Positions 27,839 through 37,445 of a stretch of 64,000 nt of DNA are shown in pieces. Source of the DNA: an uncultured Planctomycetota bacterium (GTDB lineage: Bacteria > Planctomycetota > Planctomycetia > Pirellulales > Lacipirellulaceae). The translations under genes and the position numbers were made by a program. The notes under the pieces were generated by a model that had not been told where the DNA came from, made no database searches, and saw only the letters and a list, made by a program, of their open reading frames with translations. Where the stretch lies: the NCBI GenBank assembly GCA_963719315.1, contig CAVRBU010000017.1, positions 64,001 through 128,000 on the forward strand, in the 5' to 3' direction. Position 1 is the stretch's first letter. Each line of letters starts with the position of its first letter.

Positions 27839-28459
27839 TTAAGTATTGCCCTGCGATTTACCTAACTGCGCCTCCAACTCCCGAATCTGTCCCTGTAGTT
27901 TCTCAATGAGTGGCCCCACGATCCATTGCGGAAACCGCCGGTGAATGTGCTGCGAGCAGTTCATGTCCCACGCTTCGATTTCGAACAGGATCGCTCGCTC
28001 CACGCGGCCTGGCTTGTAGTCGGCGTCGCGCAGCCGCTCAATGAGCGCCGAGTCATCTTCAACGACTCGCGCCTTGCCCCATAACTTAACCCGCCGGCGG
28101 TCGACGTAATCCATCAAGAAAATAAACGCCTTCGGATTCTCCGACAGATTGCCGAGCGTGATGTACTGCTGGTTGCCGCCGAAGTCGGCGAAGCCGAGTG
28201 TGTGGTCGTCGATGACTTTCAAGAACCCTGGCCGGCCTCCGCGATATTGCACGTAGGGCTGCCCCGCGGCGTTGGCCGTGGCGAGGTAGAACATATCGAG
28301 CTCGGCGAGGAACGCGGCCAGCTCGTCGGTCACGCGTGTGTCCCAGCCGTGGCCACCCTCGACCTTGGCGTGCATATCGCGGGAGTTCTTCGCCGCCTGA
28401 ATCGCTTTCACGGCCGGCGTGAACGCGACGTCGCTCGGGTAGTGAGGTTCAGCGTCCAT
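27839..28459 (-). CDS. Pyridoxamine 5'-phosphate oxidase-family FMN-binding protein
   Basis: FYLATA, PYVQYRGGRPGFLKV, FADFGGNQQYITLGNL, AWDMNCSQHI. Confidence 0.88.
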   Translation of the reverse strand: MDAEPHYPSDVAFTPAVKAIQAAKNSRDMHAKVEGGHGWDTRVTDELAAFLAELDMFYLATANAAGQPYVQYRGGRPGFLKVIDDHTLGFADFGGNQQYITLGNLSENPKAFIFLMDYVDRRRVKLWGKARVVEDDSALIERLRDADYKPGRVERAILFEIEAWDMNCSQHIHRRFPQWIVGPLIEKLQGQIRELEAQLGKSQGNT

Positions 28460-28480
28460 GTTTAACATTGAGAAAGCCTG

Positions 28481-28565
28481 GTAGGTCCCGCTTGCCGAGC
28501 GGGACCTTTGCGACTGTGCCAACATCGAAACCGAACGGAGGTCCCTTCCGGCAGAAGGGACCTAC
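28481..28565. repeat. GTAGGTCCC-family REPIN
   Basis: gtaggtcccgcttgccgagcgggacc ... ggtcccttccggcagaagggacctac; same family at 31929 and 37548. Confidence 0.88.
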
Positions 28566-28780
28566 TAATACCTCCGCGCGCGAAGCCAGAGCGCCAGCCC
28601 CCAGAGCGACAGAAAAACCGCCATCGACGCCATGATGATGAGCGGCTTGCGGAGGTCGTGGTGGGGTGCGTCCGCACCTAACTCTAAGTATGCCCCAGCG
28701 GCAAACATCCCCGCCCACAGCAGGAGTGCGACAGCCAGGACGCCGAGGGGAAGCCAGATTTTAGGACGGGGTGAATTCAT
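28565..28780 (-). CDS. Small two-TM membrane protein
   Basis: 71-aa ORF with two hydrophobic helices and an ATG start. Confidence 0.55.
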   Translation of the reverse strand: MNSPRPKIWLPLGVLAVALLLWAGMFAAGAYLELGADAPHHDLRKPLIIMASMAVFLSLWGLALWLRARRY

Positions 28781-28807
28781 CGGCGGGGTTACACTCTACG
28801 AAGGGCG

Positions 28808-28953
28808 AATGACCAATGACCAAGAGGATGCAGGATGCGGGATGCAGGGGGCAGGGGGCAGGGATCTGATCCTATCCACACCCTGCCCCCGGCATCCCGC
28901 GTCCCCAATCCTTCCGCTTCATTTCAACCATTGGTGCTTGGTCATTGGTGCTT
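28808..28953. repeat. Nested heptamer hairpins (outer AATGACC, inner GGATGCA)
   Basis: aatgaccaatgaccaag[ggatgcaggatgcgggatgcagggggcaggg...ccctgcccccggcatcccgcgtcc]cattggtgcttggtcattggtgctt. Confidence 0.75.
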
Positions 28954-29039
28954 TAAACTGGGGCAGTTCTATTCAATGCCGAATTCTTGCGAAATTCAGC
29001 TACGGCGAGTTGGGTAGTTTTCCGTCGGGAGCTATTGCC

Positions 29040-30152
29040 ATGATCGTGGGTGTGCCGAAAGAGATCAAGCAGGATGAGTACCGCGTGGCGATGCTGCCGG
29101 TCGGCGTGGAGGAGCTTACGCGTCGCGGCCATAAGGTGCTGATCGAGGCCGGGGCCGGCACGGGTTCGGGGCTGCCGGATGGCGATTATGTGCAATCGGG
29201 GGCCGAATTGATCGAAGGCCCCGCGGAGATTTTCGGCCGGGCGGACCTCATCGTGAAGGTGAAGGAGCCGCAGCGGAGCGAGATCAAGCAGATCCGCAAA
29301 GGCCAGATCGTGTTCACCTATTTTCACCTGGCGGCCGATCGCGATTTGACCGACGGCCTGCTCGGCACTGGCTCGACTTGCGTTGCTTACGAAACGCTGG
29401 CCGACGACCAGGGCCGGCTGCCGCTGTTGACGCCGATGAGCGAAGTCGCCGGGCGGATGAGCATTCAAGAGGGCGCGAAGTTTTTGGAACGGCCGCAGAT
29501 GGGCCGCGGCATTTTGCTGGCCGGTGTGCCGGGCGTGGCGCCGGCGCACATCACGATCCTCGGAGGCGGCGTGGTCGGCGCGAACGCGGCCAAGATCGCC
29601 GCCGGCTTCCGGGCCGACGTCGCCATTCTCGATATCAACATGGAACGGCTGCGGTACCTCGATGATGTGATGCCGCCCAACGTCGATTGCCTGTTTAGCG
29701 ATCGGCACACGATCCGCGAGCAACTTTCGCGGGCCGATCTCGTGATCGGCGCGGTGCTGATCCCCGGCGCGAAAGCGCCGATGCTGGTAAGCAAAGACGA
29801 TTTGCGGCGGATGAAGCCGGGCAGCGTGATCATCGACGTCGCGATCGACCAAGGCGGCTGCATCGCCACGAGCCGACCGACTTCGCACAGCAACCCCACG
29901 TACATGGTCGAGGAAATCTTGCACTACTGCGTGACGAACATGCCGGGCGCGGTCGGCCGCACCAGTACGTTCGCCCTCTGCAACGTAACGCTCCAATGGG
30001 TCCTGGAAATCGCCCAACGCGGCATCGAAGCGGCAGCCCGCGACCTGCGGCCGGTCGCCCGGGCGATCAACCTGGCCGGCGGCGAAGTGACCAATAAAGC
30101 AGTGGCCGAGACATTCGGTTTCACTTACTCGCCGCGGTACAAGGTGGCTTAA
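29040..30152 (+). CDS. ald: Alanine dehydrogenase
   Basis: GVPKEIK, VKVKEP, FTYFHLAA, LLTPMSEVAGR, GGGVVG, DVAIDQGG, YCVTNMPGAV. Confidence 0.96.
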   Translation: MIVGVPKEIKQDEYRVAMLPVGVEELTRRGHKVLIEAGAGTGSGLPDGDYVQSGAELIEGPAEIFGRADLIVKVKEPQRSEIKQIRKGQIVFTYFHLAADRDLTDGLLGTGSTCVAYETLADDQGRLPLLTPMSEVAGRMSIQEGAKFLERPQMGRGILLAGVPGVAPAHITILGGGVVGANAAKIAAGFRADVAILDINMERLRYLDDVMPPNVDCLFSDRHTIREQLSRADLVIGAVLIPGAKAPMLVSKDDLRRMKPGSVIIDVAIDQGGCIATSRPTSHSNPTYMVEEILHYCVTNMPGAVGRTSTFALCNVTLQWVLEIAQRGIEAAARDLRPVARAINLAGGEVTNKAVAETFGFTYSPRYKVA

Positions 30153-30165
30153 ATTGCCGGAATTA

Positions 30166-30275
30166 GTCCGCAGATGGCGCGGATGTTCGCAGATAAGAAT
30201 TCGTTTCTCACTATCTGCGCAAATCTGCATCGAGCATAGTGACTTGCATCTGCGGAAATCTGCGGCATCTGTGGA
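30166..30275. repeat. 110-bp hairpin repeat, copy 1 (CGCAGAT/ATCTGCG units) upstream of GxxExxY
   Basis: 6 mismatches to 30702-30811 by manual alignment. Confidence 0.93.
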
Positions 30276-30297
30276 TATATTGACAGGAAATCTTTTT

Positions 30298-30732
30298 ATG
30301 GGACCCGAATCCGAATTGCTGGAAAGGGATCCGCAGACGTATGCAATCATTGGCGCGTGCATGGCAGTGCATAACGAGCTTGGTCCTGGCTTTTTAGAAG
30401 CCGTCTACCAAGAGGCTCTTACAATCGAGTTTGCACGTCGCCGTATTCCGTTTGTGCGTGAGAAGCCTCTGATCATTTTCTATGGCGGTCAGCAACTTGC
30501 GACGCGTTACGAAGCTGATTTTTTCTGTTACGAGTCAATAATCCCAGAACTGAAGGCGCTCAGCGAGTTGATCCCCAAGCACCACGCTCAAGTTATCAAC
30601 TATCTGAAGGCGACACGATCGGAACGTGGATTGCTCGTGAACTTTGGCGCGCCTCGGCTCGAATACAAGCGATTCATCCTCTCCCATTCGTCGAAATGCT
30701 CGTCCGCAGATGGTGCGGACGATCGCAGATAA
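30298..30732 (+). CDS. GxxExxY protein (PD-(D/E)xK nuclease-like family)
   Basis: VHNELGPGFLEAVYQEAL, ADF...PELKA, QVINYLKAT, GLLVNFG. Confidence 0.93.
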   Translation: MGPESELLERDPQTYAIIGACMAVHNELGPGFLEAVYQEALTIEFARRRIPFVREKPLIIFYGGQQLATRYEADFFCYESIIPELKALSELIPKHHAQVINYLKATRSERGLLVNFGAPRLEYKRFILSHSSKCSSADGADDRR

Positions 30733-30811
30733 GAATTCGTTTCTCACTATCTGCGCAAATTTGCATCGACCAAAGTGACTTGCATCTGCGGAAATCTGCG
30801 GCATCTGTGGA
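30702..30811. repeat. 110-bp hairpin repeat, copy 2; contains the GxxExxY stop codon
   Basis: Direct repeat of 30166-30275. Confidence 0.93.
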
Positions 30812-30818
30812 CTAAAAC

Positions 30819-31896
30819 ATGCCTTCCGAATTTCGAACCCTCGAGTGGATTGGCGATATCGATGGTCATTTGCGGCTGCTCGATCAAACGCGGTTGCCGG
30901 CCGATACTGTTTATCTCGATTGCCGTACGGTCGAGGATGTGTGGCAGGCGATCAAGCGATTGAGCGTGCGCGGCGCCGGCCATCGGTGTGGCGGCGGCGT
31001 ATGGGGTGTGTATCGGCGTCAACGAGCGTCGCGATGTGGACGACGTTTGCAAGTATCTGGCGACGAGCCGGCCGACGGCGGTGAATTTGTTTTGGGCGCT
31101 GGAACGTATGCGTTGTTCAGCGAGTCAAGTCGTCCGTAACCCCGACAAACCCTCCCCTAACCCCTCCCTAAAAGGGAGAGGGATTCAGGACGCGCTTCTT
31201 GCTGAAGCGCGGGCGATCGAAGACGAGGACCGCGCCTGTTGCGCCTCGATGGCGAACTTCGGCGCTGATCTGCTCGCCGATTTGCCACCCGGCGCTGGCA
31301 TTCTCACGCACTGCAACACGGGAGCACTGGTCTCGGGCAGCGGCGATGGCACGGCGCTCGCCGTGATTTTTGAGTTGGCCCGTCGCGGTAAAAAACCACA
31401 CGTGTTTGCCGACGAAACACGGCCGCTGTTGCAAGGCGCGCGGCTCACCATGTGGGAGTTGATGCAGCGCGGCATTGACGCCACGCTGATCTGCGATTCG
31501 GCCGCCGCGCAAGTGATGCGCGAAGGGCGCATTCAGGCTGTGATTACGGGCGCGGACCGCATCGCGGCGAATGGCGACACGGCCAATAAGATTGGCACAT
31601 ACAGCGTCGCCACGCTCGCACGTGTCCATAACATCCCGTTCTACGTCGCCGCCCCGGCCTCTACATTCGATCTCTCAATTGCGACGGGCGCCGACATTCC
31701 CATCGAACAGCGCGCGGCCGAGGAAATCACGCACGGCTTCGGCAAGCAGACCGCGCCCGAAGGAGCCGTCGTCTACAACCCGGCTTTCGACGTAACGCCG
31801 GCCGAGCTCATCGCCGCGATCATTACCGACCGCGGGGTCATCTCGCCTGTCGATTCTGCGACGATGAAAAAGGTCGCACGTATCCTCAGCGCATAA
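30819..31896 (+). CDS. mtnA: Methylthioribose-1-phosphate isomerase, frameshifted near 30975
   Basis: LLDQTRLP, VRGA(PAIG) broken by a small indel, SRPTAVNL, LTHCNTG, DETRPLLQGARLT, GADRIAANGDTANKIGTY, NPAFDVTP. Confidence 0.92.
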
Positions 31897-31927
31897 AAAA
31901 GCCGGCGACTTTCGTCGCCGGCTTTTT
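31895..31927. terminator. Bidirectional intrinsic terminator
   Basis: aaaaaa gccggcgac tttc gtcgccggc ttttt between convergent genes. Confidence 0.88.
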
Positions 31928-31928
31928 A

Positions 31929-32013
31929 GTAGGTCCCTTCTGCAGGAAGGAACCTTGAATCATAGCAAATGCTCGCGACTCCGCTGAGGTCCCGCTCGGC
32001 AAGCGGGACCTAC
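31929..32013. repeat. GTAGGTCCC-family REPIN
   Basis: gtaggtcccttctgcaggaaggaacc ... ggtcccgctcggcaagcgggacctac. Confidence 0.85.
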
Positions 32014-33042
32014 TTATTCGTTTTCCAACCGCACGAACTGCCAGCGTTGTTCGCCGCCGGGTAGTTGCACCGTCAATGAGCCGTAGGGCTGAAGCAGCCG
32101 CACGATGCTTGCACGGAACCGGACGTTTTGGTTTTGGTTCAAGGACCATTCGGCGCGCTGCGTTTGCCGCTGGATTACACCGGAGACGCTGTGGTCGGAG
32201 TCGGTAATCATGTCGAAGTAATTACCGTTGATGCGGCCGCGACGATCGACGGCCAATTGCAGTACGCGCGTACCGACATCGTCGGGGCCCGCCATCAGGG
32301 AATACACGCCGAGCGGATACCAGTCGCCGTACAGCGATGGATCGAAGCGGGGTCCGTTGTTGTACCCGACCTGATATTGCTGCGGCACATTGCCCCAACC
32401 GAGCCAGGAGTACACGCCAGGGACCGTCGCGACCACCCACACATTCGACTTGTTGCTGTTGTACCTCCACGCCCGCGGGTGATCGTTGTACCATTCCGAG
32501 CTGAATGGCTTCTTATTGTTGCCAAAGACCTGACTCCAGTTGTCGATCTTGCGGGAGCCTTGCCAGTGGTCGCCCTTCCAGTAGCCGATTTTCTTGTTCG
32601 CCGGCTGGGCCAGGCCTGAGCCATTGGTGCCGATGACTACTGGTTGATTGGAGCCCTTGTTGGGAAATCCCTGCTGACCGGGCACAAAGACCTTTTTGGA
32701 GCCGCTCTGACCTGGGTTGTTCTGGCCCTGACCGTCCTTCTTGTTTTTCTTGTTCGGATCGTTTTGGTTCTTGCCGCCTGGAATGAACGGCTGGAGCTGA
32801 GGATTTCCGGACTTGTTCGAGTTTCCGTTGGAGTTGTTTTGGTTGTTGTTGCTATTGCCGTTATTGTTGCCGCTGTTGCTGTTCTGGTCCTTCTTTTCTT
32901 TCTTATCCTGTTTGTCGTTGTCGTTTTGGTTCGAGCCGCCGCCAATTCTGATTCGCTGCCCAAACGCCGTTTGGGAATTGGACATCGTGACGACCAACCC
33001 CGCCGACAACAGCACGACCAACATCCGATTTGTCTTGTTCAT
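32014..33042 (-). CDS. Secreted hypothetical protein with Asn/Lys/Gln-rich linker and aromatic-rich C-terminal domain
   Basis: Signal peptide, low-complexity NNNQNN tract, WYPLGVYSL...LQLAVDRRGRINGNYFD domain. Confidence 0.75.
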   Translation of the reverse strand: MNKTNRMLVVLLSAGLVVTMSNSQTAFGQRIRIGGGSNQNDNDKQDKKEKKDQNSNSGNNNGNSNNNQNNSNGNSNKSGNPQLQPFIPGGKNQNDPNKKNKKDGQGQNNPGQSGSKKVFVPGQQGFPNKGSNQPVVIGTNGSGLAQPANKKIGYWKGDHWQGSRKIDNWSQVFGNNKKPFSSEWYNDHPRAWRYNSNKSNVWVVATVPGVYSWLGWGNVPQQYQVGYNNGPRFDPSLYGDWYPLGVYSLMAGPDDVGTRVLQLAVDRRGRINGNYFDMITDSDHSVSGVIQRQTQRAEWSLNQNQNVRFRASIVRLLQPYGSLTVQLPGGEQRWQFVRLENE

Positions 33043-33129
33043 GACGATTCCCCTTATGATCGAGCGAAGAGAACGACCTGCCGGGCGCAGGCCGGGCGCC
33101 GTCCAACGCCGCACGCCTCCCATGAATTA

Positions 33130-33146
33130 AGCAGATACCGTGCCAG
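33130..33146 (-). promoter_or_regulatory. Putative sigma-54 promoter
   Basis: CTGGCACGGTATCTGCT (GG-N10-GC) ~90 bp upstream of the 33042 start. Confidence 0.55.
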
Positions 33147-33298
33147 TGAAGCTGTCAAGCAGCGATACTTGGTCGCTTAATTTGTAGTGGGCAAATTCCG
33201 TGTGCTGTAACTGGTGGGTTGTTCGAATAGTACTTTCCGAATACTGTGTCAACGGTTGACGGTAATTCGGCGGCGGCACGCGGGGCGTGCCTGCTACC

Positions 33299-34708
33299 TT
33301 ACGCAGGCTGCGGCCGCCCGGCGGAGAGCCGCTGCAAAATCGGCGTGGTCGTCATAGTCGTGGTGAGGGCCATAATGACCATCATCGCGAACAAGGCCGG
33401 CGAAATGACACCCATCTGCAGGCCGATGTTGAGAACGATCAATTCCATTAGCCCGCGCGTGTTCATCAGCACCCCCAGCGCTGTCGACGTGTGCCAACTC
33501 AAGCCCGTGAACCGCGCGGCCGCGAACGTGCCGCCAAATTTACCGAGCGTGGCCACAAGAACGATCACGCACGTAAAGCCCCAGGCCTGCCAACCGGATA
33601 CGAGTCCGATCTCCGTCCGCATGCCGGTGTAGGCAAAAAACGCTGGCAGTAGCAGAATCTTCACGATGTCTTCTAATTTGTGGCGAAAGTCGACCGCCAC
33701 GTCAGCGTCGTGCGGGATGATCGCCCCCAGCAAAAACGCGCCGAAGATCGCGTGAATGCCGATCCACTCGGCCGTCATTGCAGAAAACAGCAGGGCCACC
33801 AACACCCAGACCGCCATGCGGTGTTGCGGCGCATCGGAATCGTGCCCTAGAAAGCGAATCGCGAGCGGCCGCACGACGATCAGCATGATCGCGATGTAGC
33901 CAATGGCGTACAAAATCGTTTGCGCCGCGCCGCCGATCTCCGCCTGCGCCACGCCCACGACAAACGCCAACAGGCACCACGCAGTCACGTCGTCGATCGC
34001 CGCGCAGCTGAGCGCGATAACGCCTAACTCGGTATTCTCCATACCCCGATCGGTGAGAATTCTAGCCAGCACTGGAAACGCGGTGATCGACATTGCGATC
34101 CCCATGAATAGTGCAAAGCTAATGAATGGCGTGCCCGGCGGCGCGAGGTAGGGAAACATCCAGAGGGAGAGAATCGCACCCAGCAAAAAAGGGACCAGAA
34201 TGCTTGTGTGCGAAATTGCAACCGTCGAATGCGCCCGTGAGCGTATCAGTCCGGCGTTGAGTTCCAAGCCGACGAGGAACATGTACAAGATCACGCCGAT
34301 TTCCGCGATGATTCGCAAGTATGGCCCGACGTCCTCCGGCAACACAAAGTGTTGGGCCGCCGGCCAAATTTGACCCAGCAGCGAGGGACCGAGCATGATC
34401 CCCGCCACGATCTCGCCGATCACGCGCGGCTGACCGAAGTAGACGAACAACTTTCCGATCCACCTTCCAAGCAGCAAGATCGAAACTAACGCCAACAGCA
34501 CGTGATACAAAGCGCTGAGCTTGTGCGGTTCGCCAATATTGTTCGCCGACTCTGCACCCACCGCGGTCGGCGCCAGACTTTGCCCGTACGCAAGGACGGC
34601 CAGGATCAACCCGATGATGACAACCGCCACGACCAGGTAGCCCACGGCTACCCGCCAAGGCGACCAATTGGAAGAATCGGCTGCCATGCTGGATTCGTTG
34701 GTGCGCAT
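33299..34708 (-). CDS. Cation:proton antiporter (CPA2)
   Basis: GQPRVIGEIVAGIMLGPS, SITAFPVLARIL, AAIDDVTAW, LMNTRGLMELIVLNIG. Confidence 0.92.
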   Translation of the reverse strand: MRTNESSMAADSSNWSPWRVAVGYLVVAVVIIGLILAVLAYGQSLAPTAVGAESANNIGEPHKLSALYHVLLALVSILLLGRWIGKLFVYFGQPRVIGEIVAGIMLGPSLLGQIWPAAQHFVLPEDVGPYLRIIAEIGVILYMFLVGLELNAGLIRSRAHSTVAISHTSILVPFLLGAILSLWMFPYLAPPGTPFISFALFMGIAMSITAFPVLARILTDRGMENTELGVIALSCAAIDDVTAWCLLAFVVGVAQAEIGGAAQTILYAIGYIAIMLIVVRPLAIRFLGHDSDAPQHRMAVWVLVALLFSAMTAEWIGIHAIFGAFLLGAIIPHDADVAVDFRHKLEDIVKILLLPAFFAYTGMRTEIGLVSGWQAWGFTCVIVLVATLGKFGGTFAAARFTGLSWHTSTALGVLMNTRGLMELIVLNIGLQMGVISPALFAMMVIMALTTTMTTTPILQRLSAGRPQPA

Positions 34709-34823
34709 GTTCGGGGCCCATAGGACGGCCCGAATTGTCCCGCTGAGGGCGGAAAATGGTCAAGATCAGCCGGCGTAGACATCTGGCTCCGCAAGACGTT
34801 GATCCGCTCCCGGAGCGAGCGGC

Positions 34824-35825
34824 CTACATACATTCCCAGCCGCTTGTTTCAGCGCTGGTGAACACTCGTTCGATTACACGCATGTTCGCCACGGCATCTT
34901 CCAGCGGGGTCGGTACCGGTTGATTCTCCAGAATCGCGCGGCCGAACGCATCGGCTTGCAGCGTGTATTGATTGCAGACATCCAGTTTGATTTCTTCCAC
35001 GCGGTCGGCCACCGGCCCGCTCGTTTGCAGCCATAATCGGCAGGGCCGATCGGACGGCGCGTTGAATGGAATCTCGATTTCGATGCGGCCGGTCGTGCCA
35101 AAGATGTTGACGCGCTGAAACGGCGCATGTTTCGTGCCGCACGTGAACGTGGATGTGCCCGATTCGAATTCCAATACGGCCGATGTGAGGCAGTCAACTT
35201 GCGTTTCAAAATCGAAATGGAGATCTCCCAGAACACGGAATGGCTCCTCCCCAAAAACAAACCGCGAGAGAGAGATCGGGTAGCAGCCGATATCCATGAG
35301 CGCCCCGCCACCCAGCTCAGCCTGATTCCGGATATTCCGCGGGTCGTCGTTAAAGTAGGAAAAGTCGGTGTGGATCGTGCGCAGCTCTCCGATCCGCCCA
35401 TCGCGTACCAGTTGCCGGGCTTTGATCCACTGCGGATGAAAGCGGTACATGAACGCTTCCATCACTTTCAACCGCGGATGTGCGTTGGCGGCTTCCAGCA
35501 ATTGCTGCGCTTCGGCCAGAGAAAGGCCGATCGGTTTTTCACAGAGCACGTGCTTGCCGGCTTCGATCGCCCGCAACGACCAAGGCACGTGCAAGTGGTT
35601 GGGCAGAGGAATGTAAACGGCGTCAATCTCGGCATCGGCAAGTAACGCATCATACGAACCAAACGCCTTCTCGACGCCTAATTGATTCGCGACGGACTTT
35701 GCGAGCGCGAGTTCGCGCGACGCGATCGCCGTCACGATGCCGGTTTGACTCGCCTGCGTCGCCGGAATGACTTTTTCGCGAGCAATTTTGGCAGTGCCCA
35801 AAACGCCCCAACGGACCTTGTTCAT
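34824..35825 (-). CDS. Gfo/Idh/MocA-family oxidoreductase
   Basis: WGVLGTAKIA, GKHVLCEKP, EAFMYRFHPQW, GGGALMDIGCY. Confidence 0.92.
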   Translation of the reverse strand: MNKVRWGVLGTAKIAREKVIPATQASQTGIVTAIASRELALAKSVANQLGVEKAFGSYDALLADAEIDAVYIPLPNHLHVPWSLRAIEAGKHVLCEKPIGLSLAEAQQLLEAANAHPRLKVMEAFMYRFHPQWIKARQLVRDGRIGELRTIHTDFSYFNDDPRNIRNQAELGGGALMDIGCYPISLSRFVFGEEPFRVLGDLHFDFETQVDCLTSAVLEFESGTSTFTCGTKHAPFQRVNIFGTTGRIEIEIPFNAPSDRPCRLWLQTSGPVADRVEEIKLDVCNQYTLQADAFGRAILENQPVPTPLEDAVANMRVIERVFTSAETSGWECM

Positions 35826-35930
35826 GCTGTATCGATTCGGTTGCAGGCCCAACGGCCCAGAAATTCAAAGCCGGGGGGTGAGCCATCCAGGGGCTCCCGC
35901 CCCTGGCTATTTACTGTCGCCGCCGTTATG

Positions 35931-37349
35931 CTACAAGCACCGCAAGTATGCCACCAAGTTGCTCTTTTCTTCTCCGGTGAGCTTCAGCGTCAGCACTACG
36001 TTGAAGAACTCCACCGTGTCGTCGAGGGTCAACAGGCGGCCGTCGTGATGGTAGGGCGGCGAATCCTTGATGCCTCGCAGCGTGAAGGTTTTGATCGGGC
36101 CGTCTTGCATATTGCGCTGTCCGTTGATCGTCTCGATCGTGTAGAACCGCTCCAGATGCAGGTCGTGCATCTTGTCATCGGTGAAGAATGGGGGTTTGTG
36201 GCACTCGATGCACTTTCCCTTGCCGTTAAAGATTTTCTCGCCGGCCAGCTCTTGCGGCGTGGCCTTTTCGGGAATCAGGTGGCCGAACAAGTCCAGCTTC
36301 GGAGCCGGCGGGAAGTCGAACATGTTCTGCATTTGGGCCATCATCGCCACCTGGGCCGAGCGCTCCGGCAGAAACACGCCCTTCTTGGCGGCAGTCACCT
36401 GGTCGCCGTCGAAATAGGCTGTCCGTTGCTCGAATTCGCTAAAGTCCTCGATGGAACGCAGCGACCGCTTGGAGCCGTGAATCTGCTGGTTGAACATGCC
36501 GCGCAGACTTACCGTTTCGATCCGCAGCCGATCTTCTTGCGGCCGCGTGTCCGGGTTCAAATGAAACGTGCCGTTGGTGTGTCCGTTCACGTGACAATCC
36601 AAGCACGTCACTCCGAGTTGTGGATCGTGGACCTTGCGATCTTCGGTCTGGTTGAATTGCTGCTGGGGCTGCGGCGTTAGAAGCAACCGCATGCCTTCCA
36701 TTTGCACCGGCGTCACCTTGCCATAGAGAATTTTGTAGTAATTCTTGATCGTCAGCACCTCGCCCTGCGTCACATCGCCCAAGTCGGGCCGGCTGGTCAG
36801 GAACATCGGCGGCGGAAACTCCGGCGTGAACTGATCCGGAATATCGAACTCCACGTCGAACCGCTTCAAATCGCGGCTTTCCGCTTTTTGGATGGCGTCG
36901 ATTTGCTTTTGCGGAAACACCATGCCGCCGGTGACGTGCTTCGCATGCGGTAGCGGCCGGAAGCCCATTGGAAATGCGTTCTGCTGCTTGATCTGTTCAG
37001 GCGACATGTTGCCGAGCTTGTCCCATGTCATGCCGCTGGGCAGTTTCACCCGCACGCCCTGCTGCACCGCCTTCCGCTTGCCCGACATCTGCACATTCGA
37101 CGGATTGTCGCGGAGATCGTATCGCATTTCGAGCAGCTCCTTCTGGTCGCTCATCACCTTGTCCTTGTCGGCCGAATCCTGTTGAAAAACCTCGTCGAAC
37201 GATTTCGTGGGCATCACGGGCATGTAGGTCTGGTCCACCGGGGCGGCAGCAGTGGCGGGCTGGCCGGCGAACAGGACGGCCGCGACCATTGCTGCCAACC
37301 CCGTCAGGAAATACTGCGAATACTGGAACCTAAGAAATAAGCGGGTCAT
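35931..37349 (-). CDS. Exported di-heme cytochrome c (CcP/MauG-like superfamily)
   Basis: Signal peptide, CLDCH and CIECH, TLRGIKDSPPYHHDG. Confidence 0.85.
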   Translation of the reverse strand: MTRLFLRFQYSQYFLTGLAAMVAAVLFAGQPATAAAPVDQTYMPVMPTKSFDEVFQQDSADKDKVMSDQKELLEMRYDLRDNPSNVQMSGKRKAVQQGVRVKLPSGMTWDKLGNMSPEQIKQQNAFPMGFRPLPHAKHVTGGMVFPQKQIDAIQKAESRDLKRFDVEFDIPDQFTPEFPPPMFLTSRPDLGDVTQGEVLTIKNYYKILYGKVTPVQMEGMRLLLTPQPQQQFNQTEDRKVHDPQLGVTCLDCHVNGHTNGTFHLNPDTRPQEDRLRIETVSLRGMFNQQIHGSKRSLRSIEDFSEFEQRTAYFDGDQVTAAKKGVFLPERSAQVAMMAQMQNMFDFPPAPKLDLFGHLIPEKATPQELAGEKIFNGKGKCIECHKPPFFTDDKMHDLHLERFYTIETINGQRNMQDGPIKTFTLRGIKDSPPYHHDGRLLTLDDTVEFFNVVLTLKLTGEEKSNLVAYLRCL

Positions 37350-37445
37350 CGTGTTACCTTTTGGCAAATTTAGTTGGCAAAACCTTGTGAATGGCTTTTC
37401 GTAGAAAATGTATAGTCTCGTTTTCTTTCGCACTCAGCAATAAGC

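Noticed and set aside
28632..29039. 136-aa N-terminal extension of alanine dehydrogenase
   Set aside because: Runs through repeat hairpins and an opposite-strand gene; the family start is MIVGVPKE at 29040
29040..30152. Ald acting as the missing transhydrogenase dI subunit
   Set aside because: The fold is homologous, but the sequence has AlaDH-specific motifs and is not in the pnt operon
30166..30811. CRISPR array or diversity-generating retroelement TR/VR pair
   Set aside because: Only two long copies with no spacer series, mismatches are not adenine-specific, and there is no cas or reverse transcriptase gene in the window
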